A DNA stretch of 46,241 bases from Candidatus Thorarchaeota archaeon (GCA_011364905.1 RDNZ01000016.1:10830-57070); one strand, 5' to 3'; shown: positions 1 to 9,371, counted from the first letter of the stretch. A program made the numbers and translations. Notes: generated by a model not told the origin, from the sequence alone.

Positions 1-1160
1 ACTAGAGATAGTATCAGAAGGGCAAAAAGGGTTAGAATGATTGAATATTGAAATGCAACCGCTGGTGCGTAAGAATCCCATAGGTATCCTATCACAATAC
101 CTGCGGGAAGTGCACTGATACCCACAGCCATCTGAAAAGCTCCAATAATGCTCGCTCTGCGCTCCGCCTCCACCAAATCAGCGACAAAACTTGTCTGGAC
201 TGGGTCTAATGCGCCGTTCATCAGACCAAAGAATATGAACATGGGAATGACCATTAACGGATCAAAAATCAGATAGATCCATACTGATGTCAGGATAAGA
301 GAGAGGAAAGCAAGTGCCATGACCGTCTTTCTGCCAATCTTGTCAGACATCCATCCAAAGGGATATGCAGAAGCGGCATAGACAAGTGTGAATAATAAGT
401 AAAGCAGTGTCTGTTGCGGTACTGAGAATCCCAGTCTTTCTGAGAGTAGAATCAATAACGAGTAGCTGAAAGTTGCTAGTGCAAAGAGAATGGAAGCAAA
501 CAGAAAGAGTTTCAGGTTTCGATCAAGCCCTCGAAAAGTGACTCCCTTGAACACGTCCTTGCCACGTGTTTCCTTTATCAGGACACTCACGACAATCACG
601 GATCCAAGGCTTGGTATAGCTGCTAGCAAGATGATACCTGTGTACCCAAAGAAATCGAAAAGGAAGAAAGTAATGATGGTTCCAATAGCTGCTCCAGCTG
701 TATCCAGCGACCTAAGTATACCAAATGCCCGTCCTCTTTTCTTTTCCTTTACATGCCCAGCCACAATGGCATCACGGGGAGGGCCTCTCATCTTACCCAG
801 ACGGTCTAGCGATTTCCATAGGACTATCTGAAAAAGCTGGTATGCATAGGTTGCAAGAATAAAACCAATGCGGGCGATCATTGAAAGCGTGTACCCCAAT
901 GTTATGAACGCCTTTCTCTTACCAGTGCGATCTGAAGCATATCCTGCACCAATCTTTGCTAGAGAGGTGACAGTCAGGGCAAGCCCATCGACAATCAGCA
1001 CAAAACCATCTTCGAGTCCGAGTTGCTTTGTGAGAAAAGTAGGCCATATTGGTGCAATCATGTCTGAACCTGTGTCATTCAGGAGCGAAGCTGCACCAAA
1101 TACAAGTGCTGGATTTCTCTGAGTTTCCTCATCTTCAGGCGGAGATTCATCGACTGCCAC
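1..1160 (-). CDS. MFS transporter (3' end runs off the window)
   Basis: Read manually on the minus strand: GTG at 1160 then AVDESPPEDEETQRNPALVFGAASLLNDTGSDMIAPIWPTFL...; MFS loop motif GWMSDKIGRK; many hydrophobic helices; no stop seen before position 1. Confidence 0.85.
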   Translation of the reverse strand, partial: MAVDESPPEDEETQRNPALVFGAASLLNDTGSDMIAPIWPTFLTKQLGLEDGFVLIVDGLALTVTSLAKIGAGYASDRTGKRKAFITLGYTLSMIARIGFILATYAYQLFQIVLWKSLDRLGKMRGPPRDAIVAGHVKEKKRGRAFGILRSLDTAGAAIGTIITFFLFDFFGYTGIILLAAIPSLGSVIVVSVLIKETRGKDVFKGVTFRGLDRNLKLFLFASILFALATFSYSLLILLSERLGFSVPQQTLLYLLFTLVYAASAYPFGWMSDKIGRKTVMALAFLSLILTSVWIYLIFDPLMVIPMFIFFGLMNGALDPVQTSFVADLVEAERRASIIGAFQMAVGISALPAGIVIGYLWDSYAPAVAFQYSIILTLFALLILSL

Positions 1161-1259
1161 TGGTCTACACCGAAAAATGCTTCAAATAACCGACTCTTAT
1201 CTTGTTTGGATTCTGACCCAATCCAAAGCCATATTATCGAGGCGAGTTGAAAAACAGCC

Positions 1260-1652
1260 ATGATCGATGTGTTACGAAAGGAAGTCCCGTATGGGTTCGA
1301 AGAAACAGTAAAGAGAGTTGAAGATGCTTGCGTGAGTGAGGGATTCGGTGTTCAACTCACAAAGGGTATTCATGACGTATTCAAACAGGAACTTGGTATT
1401 GATTACCCGCAATACACCACAATCATGGTCTGCAACCCGCAATTTGCTAAGCGAGCTCTTGACATCTCAAAAGACATGGGTACAATCTTTCCATGCAGTT
1501 TCACAGTCTACGAAGAGGACGGAAAAGTCAAGATCGCTCACACATCAATCATGAAGATTGGTGTGGAAATCGGTCTTGCATCTATGGATGATATGAAGGA
1601 GCTCATCGCAGATACTGGAAAGCGCGTTCGAAAGATCTGGGACAAAATCTAG
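1260..1652 (+). CDS. DUF302 domain protein
   Basis: 130 aa with YTTIMVCNPQFA and FPCSFTVYEEDGKV motifs typical of DUF302. Confidence 0.8.
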   Translation: MIDVLRKEVPYGFEETVKRVEDACVSEGFGVQLTKGIHDVFKQELGIDYPQYTTIMVCNPQFAKRALDISKDMGTIFPCSFTVYEEDGKVKIAHTSIMKIGVEIGLASMDDMKELIADTGKRVRKIWDKI

Positions 1653-1696
1653 AGTAATTCGAAAACTTCAGAAGAGCCAAGTCCCCCTTCAGCGGT

Positions 1697-2470
1697 ATGG
1701 ACGATAAAATCCGTGAACAGTGGGAGAACAATGCTGATGCTTTCGCAGGGCTCATTGATGGGATGGGAACGCCACACCACAGAGAGATACTAAATCCGTG
1801 TGTAGAAAGACTTCTGGGAGATGTGAAGGGCAAAAAGCTTCTCGATGCAGGTTGTGGAGAGGGGTATCTTGCAAGACACTATGCCAAGAGAGGAGCAATT
1901 GTGACAGCTATCGACGTGTCGAAACGTCTGATTGAAACATCCCAACAACTCTCGAAAAAAGACGCTATCAAAGTTGATTTTCGGGTTGACAATGTGTGCT
2001 ATATCGAGTCCGTCCACAATCCGGAATTTGACATCGTTCTCTCCAATCTTGTCTTGCTGAATGTTCCATGCTTGGAAGATGCCCTCAAGGAGTTTCATAG
2101 AGTGTTAAAGAATGGGGGTATTCTTGTTTTTTCAATAGTCCATCCCGCCTTCAATTTCTATGGACCAGGAGCATGGCAAATGGGAGGAAGAGATCCTAAA
2201 ACGCACAGACGTGAGGGGGTTTATTTTAAGGTTGACAGATATTTCGAAGAGAGGGAGTATGAGCGTTTCTGGAAGACCAAGGCAGGAGACACATTCCCCA
2301 AGCCAATCAGCTTTTTCCACCGAACCCTCTCAACATACCTCAATTCGCTGTCGGGCACAGGATTTCAGCTGATTGAGTTTGCCGAGCCACAGCCAGTTGG
2401 TGATGATGCGTTCTTTGATAGAGAACGGAGAGTCCCATTCTTTGCTGTGTTCAAGGCAGTGAAAAAATAG
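1697..2470 (+). CDS. Class I SAM-dependent methyltransferase
   Basis: LLDAGCGEG motif I; FDIVLSNL; RVLKNGGILVFS. Confidence 0.9.
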   Translation: MDDKIREQWENNADAFAGLIDGMGTPHHREILNPCVERLLGDVKGKKLLDAGCGEGYLARHYAKRGAIVTAIDVSKRLIETSQQLSKKDAIKVDFRVDNVCYIESVHNPEFDIVLSNLVLLNVPCLEDALKEFHRVLKNGGILVFSIVHPAFNFYGPGAWQMGGRDPKTHRREGVYFKVDRYFEEREYERFWKTKAGDTFPKPISFFHRTLSTYLNSLSGTGFQLIEFAEPQPVGDDAFFDRERRVPFFAVFKAVKK

Positions 2471-2532
2471 TATATTGCCAAGCCTAAACCCTTTTTCCTG
2501 AGTAATGCGCGACTAAGAAGTAGGTGTACCCA

Positions 2533-2967
2533 GTGAGCGAAGAAGCCAAGTTATATCCTATACGACTTGTGTGGACTGGCGGAAAGAGTGGTGATCTCAT
2601 CGTTGAAGGAAAAGTCAACATCAGAACAGGGGTTCCTTCAGGAGGCACCGATGAGGCAAAGTATCACTCTCCAGAAGACCTCTTCGTTGCATCAGCAGCA
2701 ATGTGCTACATGAACGGATTTGTTGAATTCGTAAGAAAGATGAGAATTGAGTTCAAGTCCTTTGAGTGTGATGCAGTAGGAACTCTCGAAAGAGTAGGTA
2801 GAAGTTTTGAAATGACAAAGATAGACATGAAGACAAGGGTCGTGATTGAATCAGAGGACATCCGAAAGAAGATTAACCGGGCTCTTGAGCTAGCAGCCAA
2901 GTATTGCTTTATCGGCAATAGCATGAAGTGTCCTATCTCACATGAAACTAATGTCACAATTGCATGA
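2533..2967 (+). CDS. OsmC/Ohr family protein (paralog 1)
   Basis: SPEDLFVASAAMC and KYCFIGNS two-Cys signature; start GTG 2533 or 2524. Confidence 0.85.
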   Translation: MSEEAKLYPIRLVWTGGKSGDLIVEGKVNIRTGVPSGGTDEAKYHSPEDLFVASAAMCYMNGFVEFVRKMRIEFKSFECDAVGTLERVGRSFEMTKIDMKTRVVIESEDIRKKINRALELAAKYCFIGNSMKCPISHETNVTIA

Positions 2968-3020
2968 CCAAACAAAATCCTTTTTCTATGCTGATTCTCC
3001 AGCGATTCCAAGTGATATAG

Positions 3021-3455
3021 ATGACTGATGATGTTCACGAGTACTTGGCGACTGTCAATTGGAAGCATGGCCGGATTGGAGATTTGATCATTGAAGGCAA
3101 ACCGAATGTTGAAGTGGCTACTCCTCCTGAGTTTGAGGGGCCGAAGGGAATTATCTCCCCTGAAGACCTCTTCGTAGCAGCTGCAACTTCATGCTTCATG
3201 ACAACATTCGTCACTTTTAGTAAGAAGATGCGTTTTGAGTTCAAATCATTCTCATGCGATGGTCACGGTAGGCTTGAACGGGTTGACAAGGGATTTCAAT
3301 TCACAAAACTGGTTCTGAAAACAAAAGTTTCAGTTGCTGAAGAGGATCTCTTACCAAAAGCTGAGCGAGCTCTTGATTTGGCTGGAAAATATTGCTTGGT
3401 CTCGAACAGCATGAAGTGTCCAACAGAACATGAGAACAGTGTTGTTGTTGGATAA
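3021..3455 (+). CDS. OsmC/Ohr family protein (paralog 2)
   Basis: PPEFEG, SPEDLFVAAATSC, KYCLVSNS. Confidence 0.9.
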   Translation: MTDDVHEYLATVNWKHGRIGDLIIEGKPNVEVATPPEFEGPKGIISPEDLFVAAATSCFMTTFVTFSKKMRFEFKSFSCDGHGRLERVDKGFQFTKLVLKTKVSVAEEDLLPKAERALDLAGKYCLVSNSMKCPTEHENSVVVG

Positions 3456-3487
3456 ATGAAAGGATTGGAGCGACTCCAGTCGTCCAA

Positions 3488-5959
3488 TCACTCTTTCTTT
3501 TCGACAGGAGGACGAATGTATATCACATGCTCAGTCTCAGGAAGGTTTACCTCGATGAAGACATCGTCTTTAGGTTTGCCAAAACTTAGTTTCTCAATTC
3601 CATGCATCGCTTTAAGGTCTTGAGCCCATGGTTTGAGCTTCTCAGAGATGTATGCTTCAGGTAGACCTTGTCTCAGAGAGAGGTCGTTCTCTCGTTTGAA
3701 CTTCCAGAAACCTGTGTTTGTCTGAAGCAACAAATCGGTGTGTTCAGTCAGCGATGACCGCCAGTCCTTCATAGGTTTTGGAAAGTCGTGTCTGTGAACA
3801 CCTTTCTCGTCATAGAGCTCGCGGTATATCTTGTCAGTGATGAATGGTGTCATCGGCGCGAGGGCTCGTGCAATGACCTTCAATACCTCATGTAGCGTGA
3901 ACCATGCAGACCTCTGTTCTTTATCAGTAAATGCATTGTCAGTGTTGAAGGATCTTCCCTTCACCATCTCAAGGACATGATCAGCAAAGAAATTCCATGT
4001 GAATCCGCGAATCTCAGTCGCAGGTTTATGGAAATCTAACAAGTCACACTCCGGCCCAATCCGTTCCACAAAAGCATTCGTTTCAGCAAGTATCCATTGA
4101 TCCACAGGAGTCAGTTGTTTGAAAGGAATTGGTTCTGGAATTGGGAACATTGAGATGAACCTTGCTACATTGTAGAGTTTGGTCATGAACTTGGACACAC
4201 CTGCTAGACGGTCCTCTGAGAATCTGACATCACTGCCAAGACCAGCCTCCAGTGCACCATAGATACGCATGGCATCGGCACCGTATTTCTCCACAAAGGG
4301 CATTGGCGGAGGTGAGTTGCCCTTTGACTTACTCATTGCCTCTCCCTTGTCATCTACCACATGTCCCGAAACCCACACCTCACTGAAGGCAGGCTTGCCA
4401 GTCAGCTGAAGTGTCCTGAGTAGAGAATAGTAAAGCCAAGTTCTAACGATGTCCTTTCCTTGAGGACGCATGACATTGCTGAAACCTTTCTTGAAGAGCT
4501 TCTCGTCATACATGTACCCCACAGCCTGCATTCCGCTAATAGAGGAGTCCATCCATGTGTCAAAGGTTCTATCCTCGCCTGTAAAGCCCTCCTCACTATT
4601 GCATAACGGGCATTTCTTGAAAGGTGGGTCTTCACGCCAGGGCTGGTAGTATTTTGGCACGTCAGTCAATTCTGGAACCACAGGTTTGCCGCACGATTTA
4701 CAGTACCAGATTGGTATCTCAGTCCCGTAATACCGGCGCCTGCTGACAGGCCAATCAACACTCACTCGATTGAGCCAGTCTATGAGAATCTGTCTATGAA
4801 AGTCGGGATAGAAGGGCGTATTTGCAGCAATCTTGAGAAGTTCATCAATATAGTCAGTCTGTTTCACATAATACTCATCCATCGCAATGAACTCTATGGG
4901 ACTACGACTACGCCAGCATTGTGGTGCCCTCTGAATGGTATCTTCCTGTTTGAAGAGAAGGTCCTTCTCCTTGAGATCGGCAATGATTTTCTCGCGAGCG
5001 CTTTCAATCTTCATTCCTGCGTATTTTCCTGCTGCCTCAGTCATGGTACCGTCTGTCGCAACTGCGGCGATTGGTGTCAATGCATAGTCGCGAAATGCCA
5101 TCACATCAGCTTGATCTCCGTAGCTGCAAACCATCAGTGCACCAGTTCCAAACTCCATTTGTGCAGTGGGGCTTGATATGATGGGAACTTCCAGACCAAA
5201 GATAGGTACCTTTGCAGTTTTCCCTTGATAAGATGTGTATCGTTCATCACTCGGATGAACAAACACCGCACCACATGCGCAGAGCAGCTCAGGTCTTGTG
5301 GTGGCAATCTCAAGAGGTTCTTGTCCCTCAACCTCAAAATAGAGGTAGTTGAGTTTCGTTGGACGTTCCTTGTACTCCACTTCAGCATCAGCAATTGTGG
5401 TTCCACACTCAAAACACCAGTTGTTGGGACGATAGTCACTGTACACTAGATCCTTGTTCCAAATATCTATGAACGTGGCTTGCGTGACAGCTCTGTAACG
5501 TGGACTGTCAGTGCGATAACTGCCTTCGTCCTCGTATGTGTTAAAGGCTATTCCCAGTCTCTTGAAGCTGGAGAGTGATATCCTCTCGGCTTCGTCGAGG
5601 CGTTGCTTGCACAGATGAAGAAACTCCTCTCGCGGGGTCTCATGCATATGAATTCCAAGTTCTTTTTCTACTCGAACCTCTACTGGAAGACCATTTCGAT
5701 CAATGCCAAGAGGAAAATTCACCTCAAGACCTTGCATCCGTCTGTATCGTGCAATGGTGTCTATCTGTGTATAGTGAATAACTTGACCCACATGCATCGG
5801 GCCAGAGAGATAGGGAGGAGGAGTGTCCACTGTATATAATTTCTTACCAGAGTCCATGTTGAATTCATAGGTATCCTCATTGGCCCATGCTTCAAGTAGT
5901 TCGGCCTCTGCTTCAGGCTTCCAACGTTTAGATTTAATCTTTGGTTCTAGCTTAGACAA
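3488..5959 (-). CDS. valS: Valine--tRNA ligase (archaeal type)
   Basis: DTPPPY, HVGQ (HIGH), ATTRPE, GTG, DWPVSRRRYYG, DTWMDSS, AMSKSKGN (KMSKS); likely start TTG 5959 after GGAGG. Confidence 0.93.
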   Translation of the reverse strand: MSKLEPKIKSKRWKPEAEAELLEAWANEDTYEFNMDSGKKLYTVDTPPPYLSGPMHVGQVIHYTQIDTIARYRRMQGLEVNFPLGIDRNGLPVEVRVEKELGIHMHETPREEFLHLCKQRLDEAERISLSSFKRLGIAFNTYEDEGSYRTDSPRYRAVTQATFIDIWNKDLVYSDYRPNNWCFECGTTIADAEVEYKERPTKLNYLYFEVEGQEPLEIATTRPELLCACGAVFVHPSDERYTSYQGKTAKVPIFGLEVPIISSPTAQMEFGTGALMVCSYGDQADVMAFRDYALTPIAAVATDGTMTEAAGKYAGMKIESAREKIIADLKEKDLLFKQEDTIQRAPQCWRSRSPIEFIAMDEYYVKQTDYIDELLKIAANTPFYPDFHRQILIDWLNRVSVDWPVSRRRYYGTEIPIWYCKSCGKPVVPELTDVPKYYQPWREDPPFKKCPLCNSEEGFTGEDRTFDTWMDSSISGMQAVGYMYDEKLFKKGFSNVMRPQGKDIVRTWLYYSLLRTLQLTGKPAFSEVWVSGHVVDDKGEAMSKSKGNSPPPMPFVEKYGADAMRIYGALEAGLGSDVRFSEDRLAGVSKFMTKLYNVARFISMFPIPEPIPFKQLTPVDQWILAETNAFVERIGPECDLLDFHKPATEIRGFTWNFFADHVLEMVKGRSFNTDNAFTDKEQRSAWFTLHEVLKVIARALAPMTPFITDKIYRELYDEKGVHRHDFPKPMKDWRSSLTEHTDLLLQTNTGFWKFKRENDLSLRQGLPEAYISEKLKPWAQDLKAMHGIEKLSFGKPKDDVFIEVNLPETEHVIYIRPPVEKKE

Positions 5960-6104
5960 AAGGATTAGCCTCCTTGATGTCAGCAAGGGTGGGCGTTTAA
6001 CGCTCGGGCTCGAAGATTGCTTCTGGCCTTTAAGAGTTATGGCCAAATAGAACTAACCATACATAACGAAAGAGTTATGCATAACCATTAACAATTGTTT
6101 AGCC

Positions 6105-7085
6105 ATGATATACAGAAAGCTTGGTCGCACAGGTCTGAAAGTATCACGGTTTATTCTAGGAACTATGCAGATGGGCTGGATTATCGACAAAGAAGCCAGT
6201 CATAGTCTTTTGGATACAGCTCTTGAGGCTGGATTAAACACCATTGACACTGCTGATATTTACAGCAAGTGGGGTGAGGGATCATACGCTGGAAAGTCAG
6301 AGGAGATTATTGGTAGTTGGCTTTCAGACCGGGGAGTGAGGGAGGATGTGGTGCTGGCTACCAAGGTCAAAGGAGAGATGAGTGATAGGTCTAATGATGG
6401 TGGACTCTCACGAAGACATGTCATGGATGCAATTGAGAAGAGTCTGAATAGACTGAATACTGATTGGGTTGATATCTACTGGAGCCACTCACCAGACCAA
6501 GATACACCTCAGGAGGAAACCCTTCGAGCCTTCACAAGCATCATCGAAAGCGGAGCAGTTCACTATATCGGAGCATCGAATCATACGGCCGCAGAGATTG
6601 TCGAGGCCCTGTGGGTCAGCGATGTAAATGGTCTGGCAAGATACGAAGCTATTCAGCCATCCTACAGCCTAGCACGAAGGCGTGACTTCGAAAAGCATCT
6701 TCAGCCGGTGATTGAAAAATACGACCTGGGCGTCACAAGTTATAGCCCATTAGCAGGCGGGTTTTTGACTGGTAAATACTCAAAGGACAAGTTGCCTGAT
6801 TCCAAAAGAGCTGAAACGACAAAAGCCCGTTACTTCAAGGACCGCAACTTCAAAATTGTAGACACATTAGAGGAGCTGGCGTCAACCCATGATGCATCAG
6901 TCCCTCAAATTGCTTTGTCATGGGTCCTTGCTCAAGAGATAGTGACTGCACCCATAATCGGTGCAAACTCCCCTCAACAACTTGAAGAAAATCTTGGAGC
7001 CTTGGAACTCAAACTGACCCCAGATGATATCAGCCGGCTGAATGAGGCGTCAGACTGGATGAAAATGGATGAGTTGGCGCGTTAG
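6105..7085 (+). CDS. Aldo/keto reductase
   Basis: LGRTGLKVS, DTADIY, LATKV, YIGASN, YSPLAGGFLTGKY, PIIGA. Confidence 0.93.
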   Translation: MIYRKLGRTGLKVSRFILGTMQMGWIIDKEASHSLLDTALEAGLNTIDTADIYSKWGEGSYAGKSEEIIGSWLSDRGVREDVVLATKVKGEMSDRSNDGGLSRRHVMDAIEKSLNRLNTDWVDIYWSHSPDQDTPQEETLRAFTSIIESGAVHYIGASNHTAAEIVEALWVSDVNGLARYEAIQPSYSLARRRDFEKHLQPVIEKYDLGVTSYSPLAGGFLTGKYSKDKLPDSKRAETTKARYFKDRNFKIVDTLEELASTHDASVPQIALSWVLAQEIVTAPIIGANSPQQLEENLGALELKLTPDDISRLNEASDWMKMDELAR

Positions 7086-7203
7086 ACAACCTTCAGGCAC
7101 ATTTCTTTCTGGTCGAAATATCGACGAACTGGTCTATTCAAGAAAGCTTCATTAATAATATCCAATAGAAGAACTTGTCCGTAAGTGCATCAGAGGAAGT
7201 TCT

Positions 7204-7899
7204 ATGAGAGCCGTACTCAAGATTGGAGGATCACTCCTCTATGATGATGACGGTCAAGTTCGTATTGACCGACTGAGAGAGTACGCTAACTCAATCAAGT
7301 CTTTGGTCAATGATGGAAACCTGTTGGTTGTCGTTGTGGGTGGTGGAAGACCTGCACGAGTCTACATCTCAGCAGCTCGAACCCTAGGCGCAGATGAGGC
7401 ACAGTGCGATTGGCTCGGAATAAAGGCGGCAAGAAATAATGCCGAACTCCTTGGTGCAGCTCTTGGTGATTTTGCGTATCCCAAGGTTGTTGACGATTAC
7501 GATGAGCTCGAGGTGGCAGTCAATCTGGGGAAGGTTGTACTGCTAGGGGGCATGGTGCCTGGTCAGTCGACCAATGCAGTGGCTGCGGCCTCTGCAGAAC
7601 TGATACATGCAGACATGTTGTTCAACGCGACCAATGTTGATGGTGTATATGACAAAAATCCTGAGAAGCCAGACGCCAAGAAACTAGAGAGCGTGACTAT
7701 CTTTCAATTGAGAGAGATTCTCTCAGATGAGGGAATCAAAGCAGGACAATACAATTTGTTTGATCCTGTTGCGATCAGGATTGTTGAACGATCACAGATC
7801 CCAACTGTGATATTCAATGGGAACAACCCAGAGAACTTGAAAAAGGTATTCAACAAAGAAAAGATTGGAACCCGAATTACTCATGGTACGAAAAAGTGA
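7204..7899 (+). CDS. pyrH: UMP kinase (archaeal type)
   Basis: VLKIGGS, VVGGG, PGQSTNAVAA, TNVDGVYDKNP, FDPVA. Confidence 0.93.
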   Translation: MRAVLKIGGSLLYDDDGQVRIDRLREYANSIKSLVNDGNLLVVVVGGGRPARVYISAARTLGADEAQCDWLGIKAARNNAELLGAALGDFAYPKVVDDYDELEVAVNLGKVVLLGGMVPGQSTNAVAAASAELIHADMLFNATNVDGVYDKNPEKPDAKKLESVTIFQLREILSDEGIKAGQYNLFDPVAIRIVERSQIPTVIFNGNNPENLKKVFNKEKIGTRITHGTKK

Positions 7900-7920
7900 A
7901 TCCAACAAGAGGGAAAAAAA

Positions 7921-8211
7921 ATGAAGATGTTGCTCGAGAAGATTTTTGCATCCCGCGCGCAGACCCGCGTTGTCCAGCACTTCCTAGACCGTCCAAAGGA
8001 GTTCTTCAATCTGAGTAGGTTGGCAAAGGAAACTGGGCTTGCACACTCTACGATTCATCGTGTCATGCAACCTCTTGTTGACATGGGACTGGTGAAGGAG
8101 ATTAAGGCTGGACAACAGATTAGATTGTTTATTCTTGAGACCGAAGACGACAGATCAAAGATAATCTCAGACTTTTATGCCAAAATCAGACCTCACCTTG
8201 AAACAAACTGA
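7921..8211 (+). CDS. Small winged-helix HTH protein
   Basis: FNLSRLAKETGLAHSTIHRVMQPLVDMGLV wHTH pattern. Confidence 0.75.
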   Translation: MKMLLEKIFASRAQTRVVQHFLDRPKEFFNLSRLAKETGLAHSTIHRVMQPLVDMGLVKEIKAGQQIRLFILETEDDRSKIISDFYAKIRPHLETN

Positions 8212-8286
8212 AATCTTGTGCTGCTCGCCTTTTTCATTGTTTAAGCCAAAACGGCTATATTGAGATAGAATATTCCTGCAAAGTAT

Positions 8287-8435
8287 GCCGAGGTAGCCAA
8301 GCGGCCAACGGCGGTGGACTCAAGATCAGCTAAACATCGCTTTGACTCCTAGGAGAAATCCACTCTCGCAGGAGTACATGGGTTCGAACAACCATACGCT
8401 TCGTATGATTGGAACAAATCCCATCCTCGGCACCA
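8287..8435 (+). tRNA. tRNA-Leu(CAA) with two introns (8325-8357 at 37/38; 8388-8417 at 58/59), CCA encoded
   Basis: Acceptor GCCGAGG/CCTCGGC + A-CCA; anticodon stem GTGGA/TCCAC with CT-CAA-G|A; long variable arm; T stem ATGGG/CCCAT; both inserts have bulge-helix-bulge-like flanks. Confidence 0.9.
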
Positions 8436-8464
8436 TCCCTGTAACTAACTCTGAGTCAACTTCC

Positions 8465-8923
8465 TCATTTCCTGATACGAACTATCCTCGCACGAGTAGC
8501 TCTCACAATTTCCTCAGGGCGTATTCTGAGGAGATGATGATCTGTCCCGCCCCCTCCAATCACCTCAGACATCTCCATAACTCTTGAATCAATAAGGACA
8601 TCAGCATTTTTGATAGCTATCGGAGGGGTCCCACCAACTTCGAATCCTGTCAGATTGAGTGCCTCCTCAGGCGACGCAAGTCTGGGAGGTGCAATACCAA
8701 TGGCAGCGCCCAATCTCTTTGAACTTGCACGGTCGGTGCCATTCACGATGGCAAGAATCACTTTGTCGTCAACTACGAATACCACTGTCTTGATGATTCG
8801 TTCTGGAGGAATCCCAAGTTCTTTTGATGCAGCATCGACTGAATGAACCCGCCCCACCATGGTGAGAATTTCAGCATCTATGTTGTGTGATATTATGTAA
8901 CTCTGGAGATCCTTGTCATTCAA
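8465..8923 (-). CDS. YbaK/EbsC/ProX aminoacyl-tRNA deacylase family protein
   Basis: IIKTVV, TGFEVGGTPP, GGGG motifs. Confidence 0.88.
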   Translation of the reverse strand: MNDKDLQSYIISHNIDAEILTMVGRVHSVDAASKELGIPPERIIKTVVFVVDDKVILAIVNGTDRASSKRLGAAIGIAPPRLASPEEALNLTGFEVGGTPPIAIKNADVLIDSRVMEMSEVIGGGGTDHHLLRIRPEEIVRATRARIVRIRK

Positions 8924-8999
8924 CCACTGTCACGTCCCTGAAAACGAACGGAACTTAATCTTCAGGTTATAAACGAGTGAAACGAGTTTAATTTTCCGT

Positions 9000-9041
9000 A
9001 AAGAAAAAGAGTAGTGCTCATGTTGCTTCCAACGCGAGCAC
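9000..9041 (-). terminator. Hairpin plus U-tract ending the small-peptide operon
   Basis: Minus strand GTGCTCGCGTTG-GAAG-CAACATGAGCAC followed by TACTCTTTTTCTTT. Confidence 0.6.
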
Positions 9042-9131
9042 TTCAGCCACAGAGAGGACGCTACCATCTCTGGTCTTGTTATTCTGGGCCTCATTCGAGG
9101 ACTTCTGTACTGGCGAGTCGAACTTGACCAC
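9018..9131 (-). CDS. Small peptide 3, 37 aa (MVKFDSPVQKSSNEAQNNKTRDGSVLSVAEVLALEAT)
   Basis: GTG start 9 nt downstream of GGAGG; the SD overlaps the last codons and stop of peptide 2; ends inside the terminator hairpin. Confidence 0.55.
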   Translation of the reverse strand: MVKFDSPVQKSSNEAQNNKTRDGSVLSVAEVLALEAT

Positions 9132-9137
9132 CGAAGA

Positions 9138-9233
9138 TTACCTCCTGAAGTAAGCACGAGTGATCGCGTCAGTAGACATTCTCTTTCTGAGATGAGATTC
9201 CATGTGTCGTTTCTCAACATTAGCAAGAGCCAT
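9138..9233 (-). CDS. Small peptide 2, 31 aa (MALANVEKRHMESHLRKRMSTDAITRAYFRR)
   Basis: ATG preceded by GGAGGTAATCTC; paralogous to peptide 1 (MAL start, ST-x-A-[LI]-T-x-AY...RR end). Confidence 0.72.
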   Translation of the reverse strand: MALANVEKRHMESHLRKRMSTDAITRAYFRR

Positions 9234-9237
9234 GAGA

Positions 9238-9339
9238 TTACCTCCGATAAGTGTAGGCATAGGTCAGAGCAAAGGTCGAGACCTTCGCTTTCTCGTTCTT
9301 CAGCACTGATGTGTTTCGTGAGTTAGTTGTTAGAGCCAT
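9238..9339 (-). CDS. Small peptide 1, 33 aa (MALTTNSRNTSVLKNEKAKVSTFALTYAYTYRR)
   Basis: ATG about 33 nt downstream of a TATATATA box; paralogous to peptide 2 with synonymous codon differences. Confidence 0.72.
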   Translation of the reverse strand: MALTTNSRNTSVLKNEKAKVSTFALTYAYTYRR

Positions 9340-9371
9340 GATATTTCACAAGAATTAGTACTCAGATTTAG

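Noticed and set aside
3488-6046. HVGQ/AMSKS variants and N-terminal extension of ValRS
   Set aside because: The motif variants are within normal class I synthetase variation; the extension is probably an over-called start (SD-supported TTG at 5959)
8347-8358. TAG-GA inside the tRNA-Leu intron as an alternative Leu(TAG) anticodon
   Set aside because: It would require excising a ~4-nt piece, which is incompatible with BHB splicing
8342-8587. 81-aa ORF, and similar short ORFs at 38887-39127 and 40332-40532
   Set aside because: They overlap tRNA genes and are shadow ORFs
8930-9226. 98-aa minus-strand ORF from the track (MLMLRNDTW...)
   Set aside because: No SD or recognisable motif; it crosses the terminator and is out of frame with the SD-supported small peptides, which explain the region better
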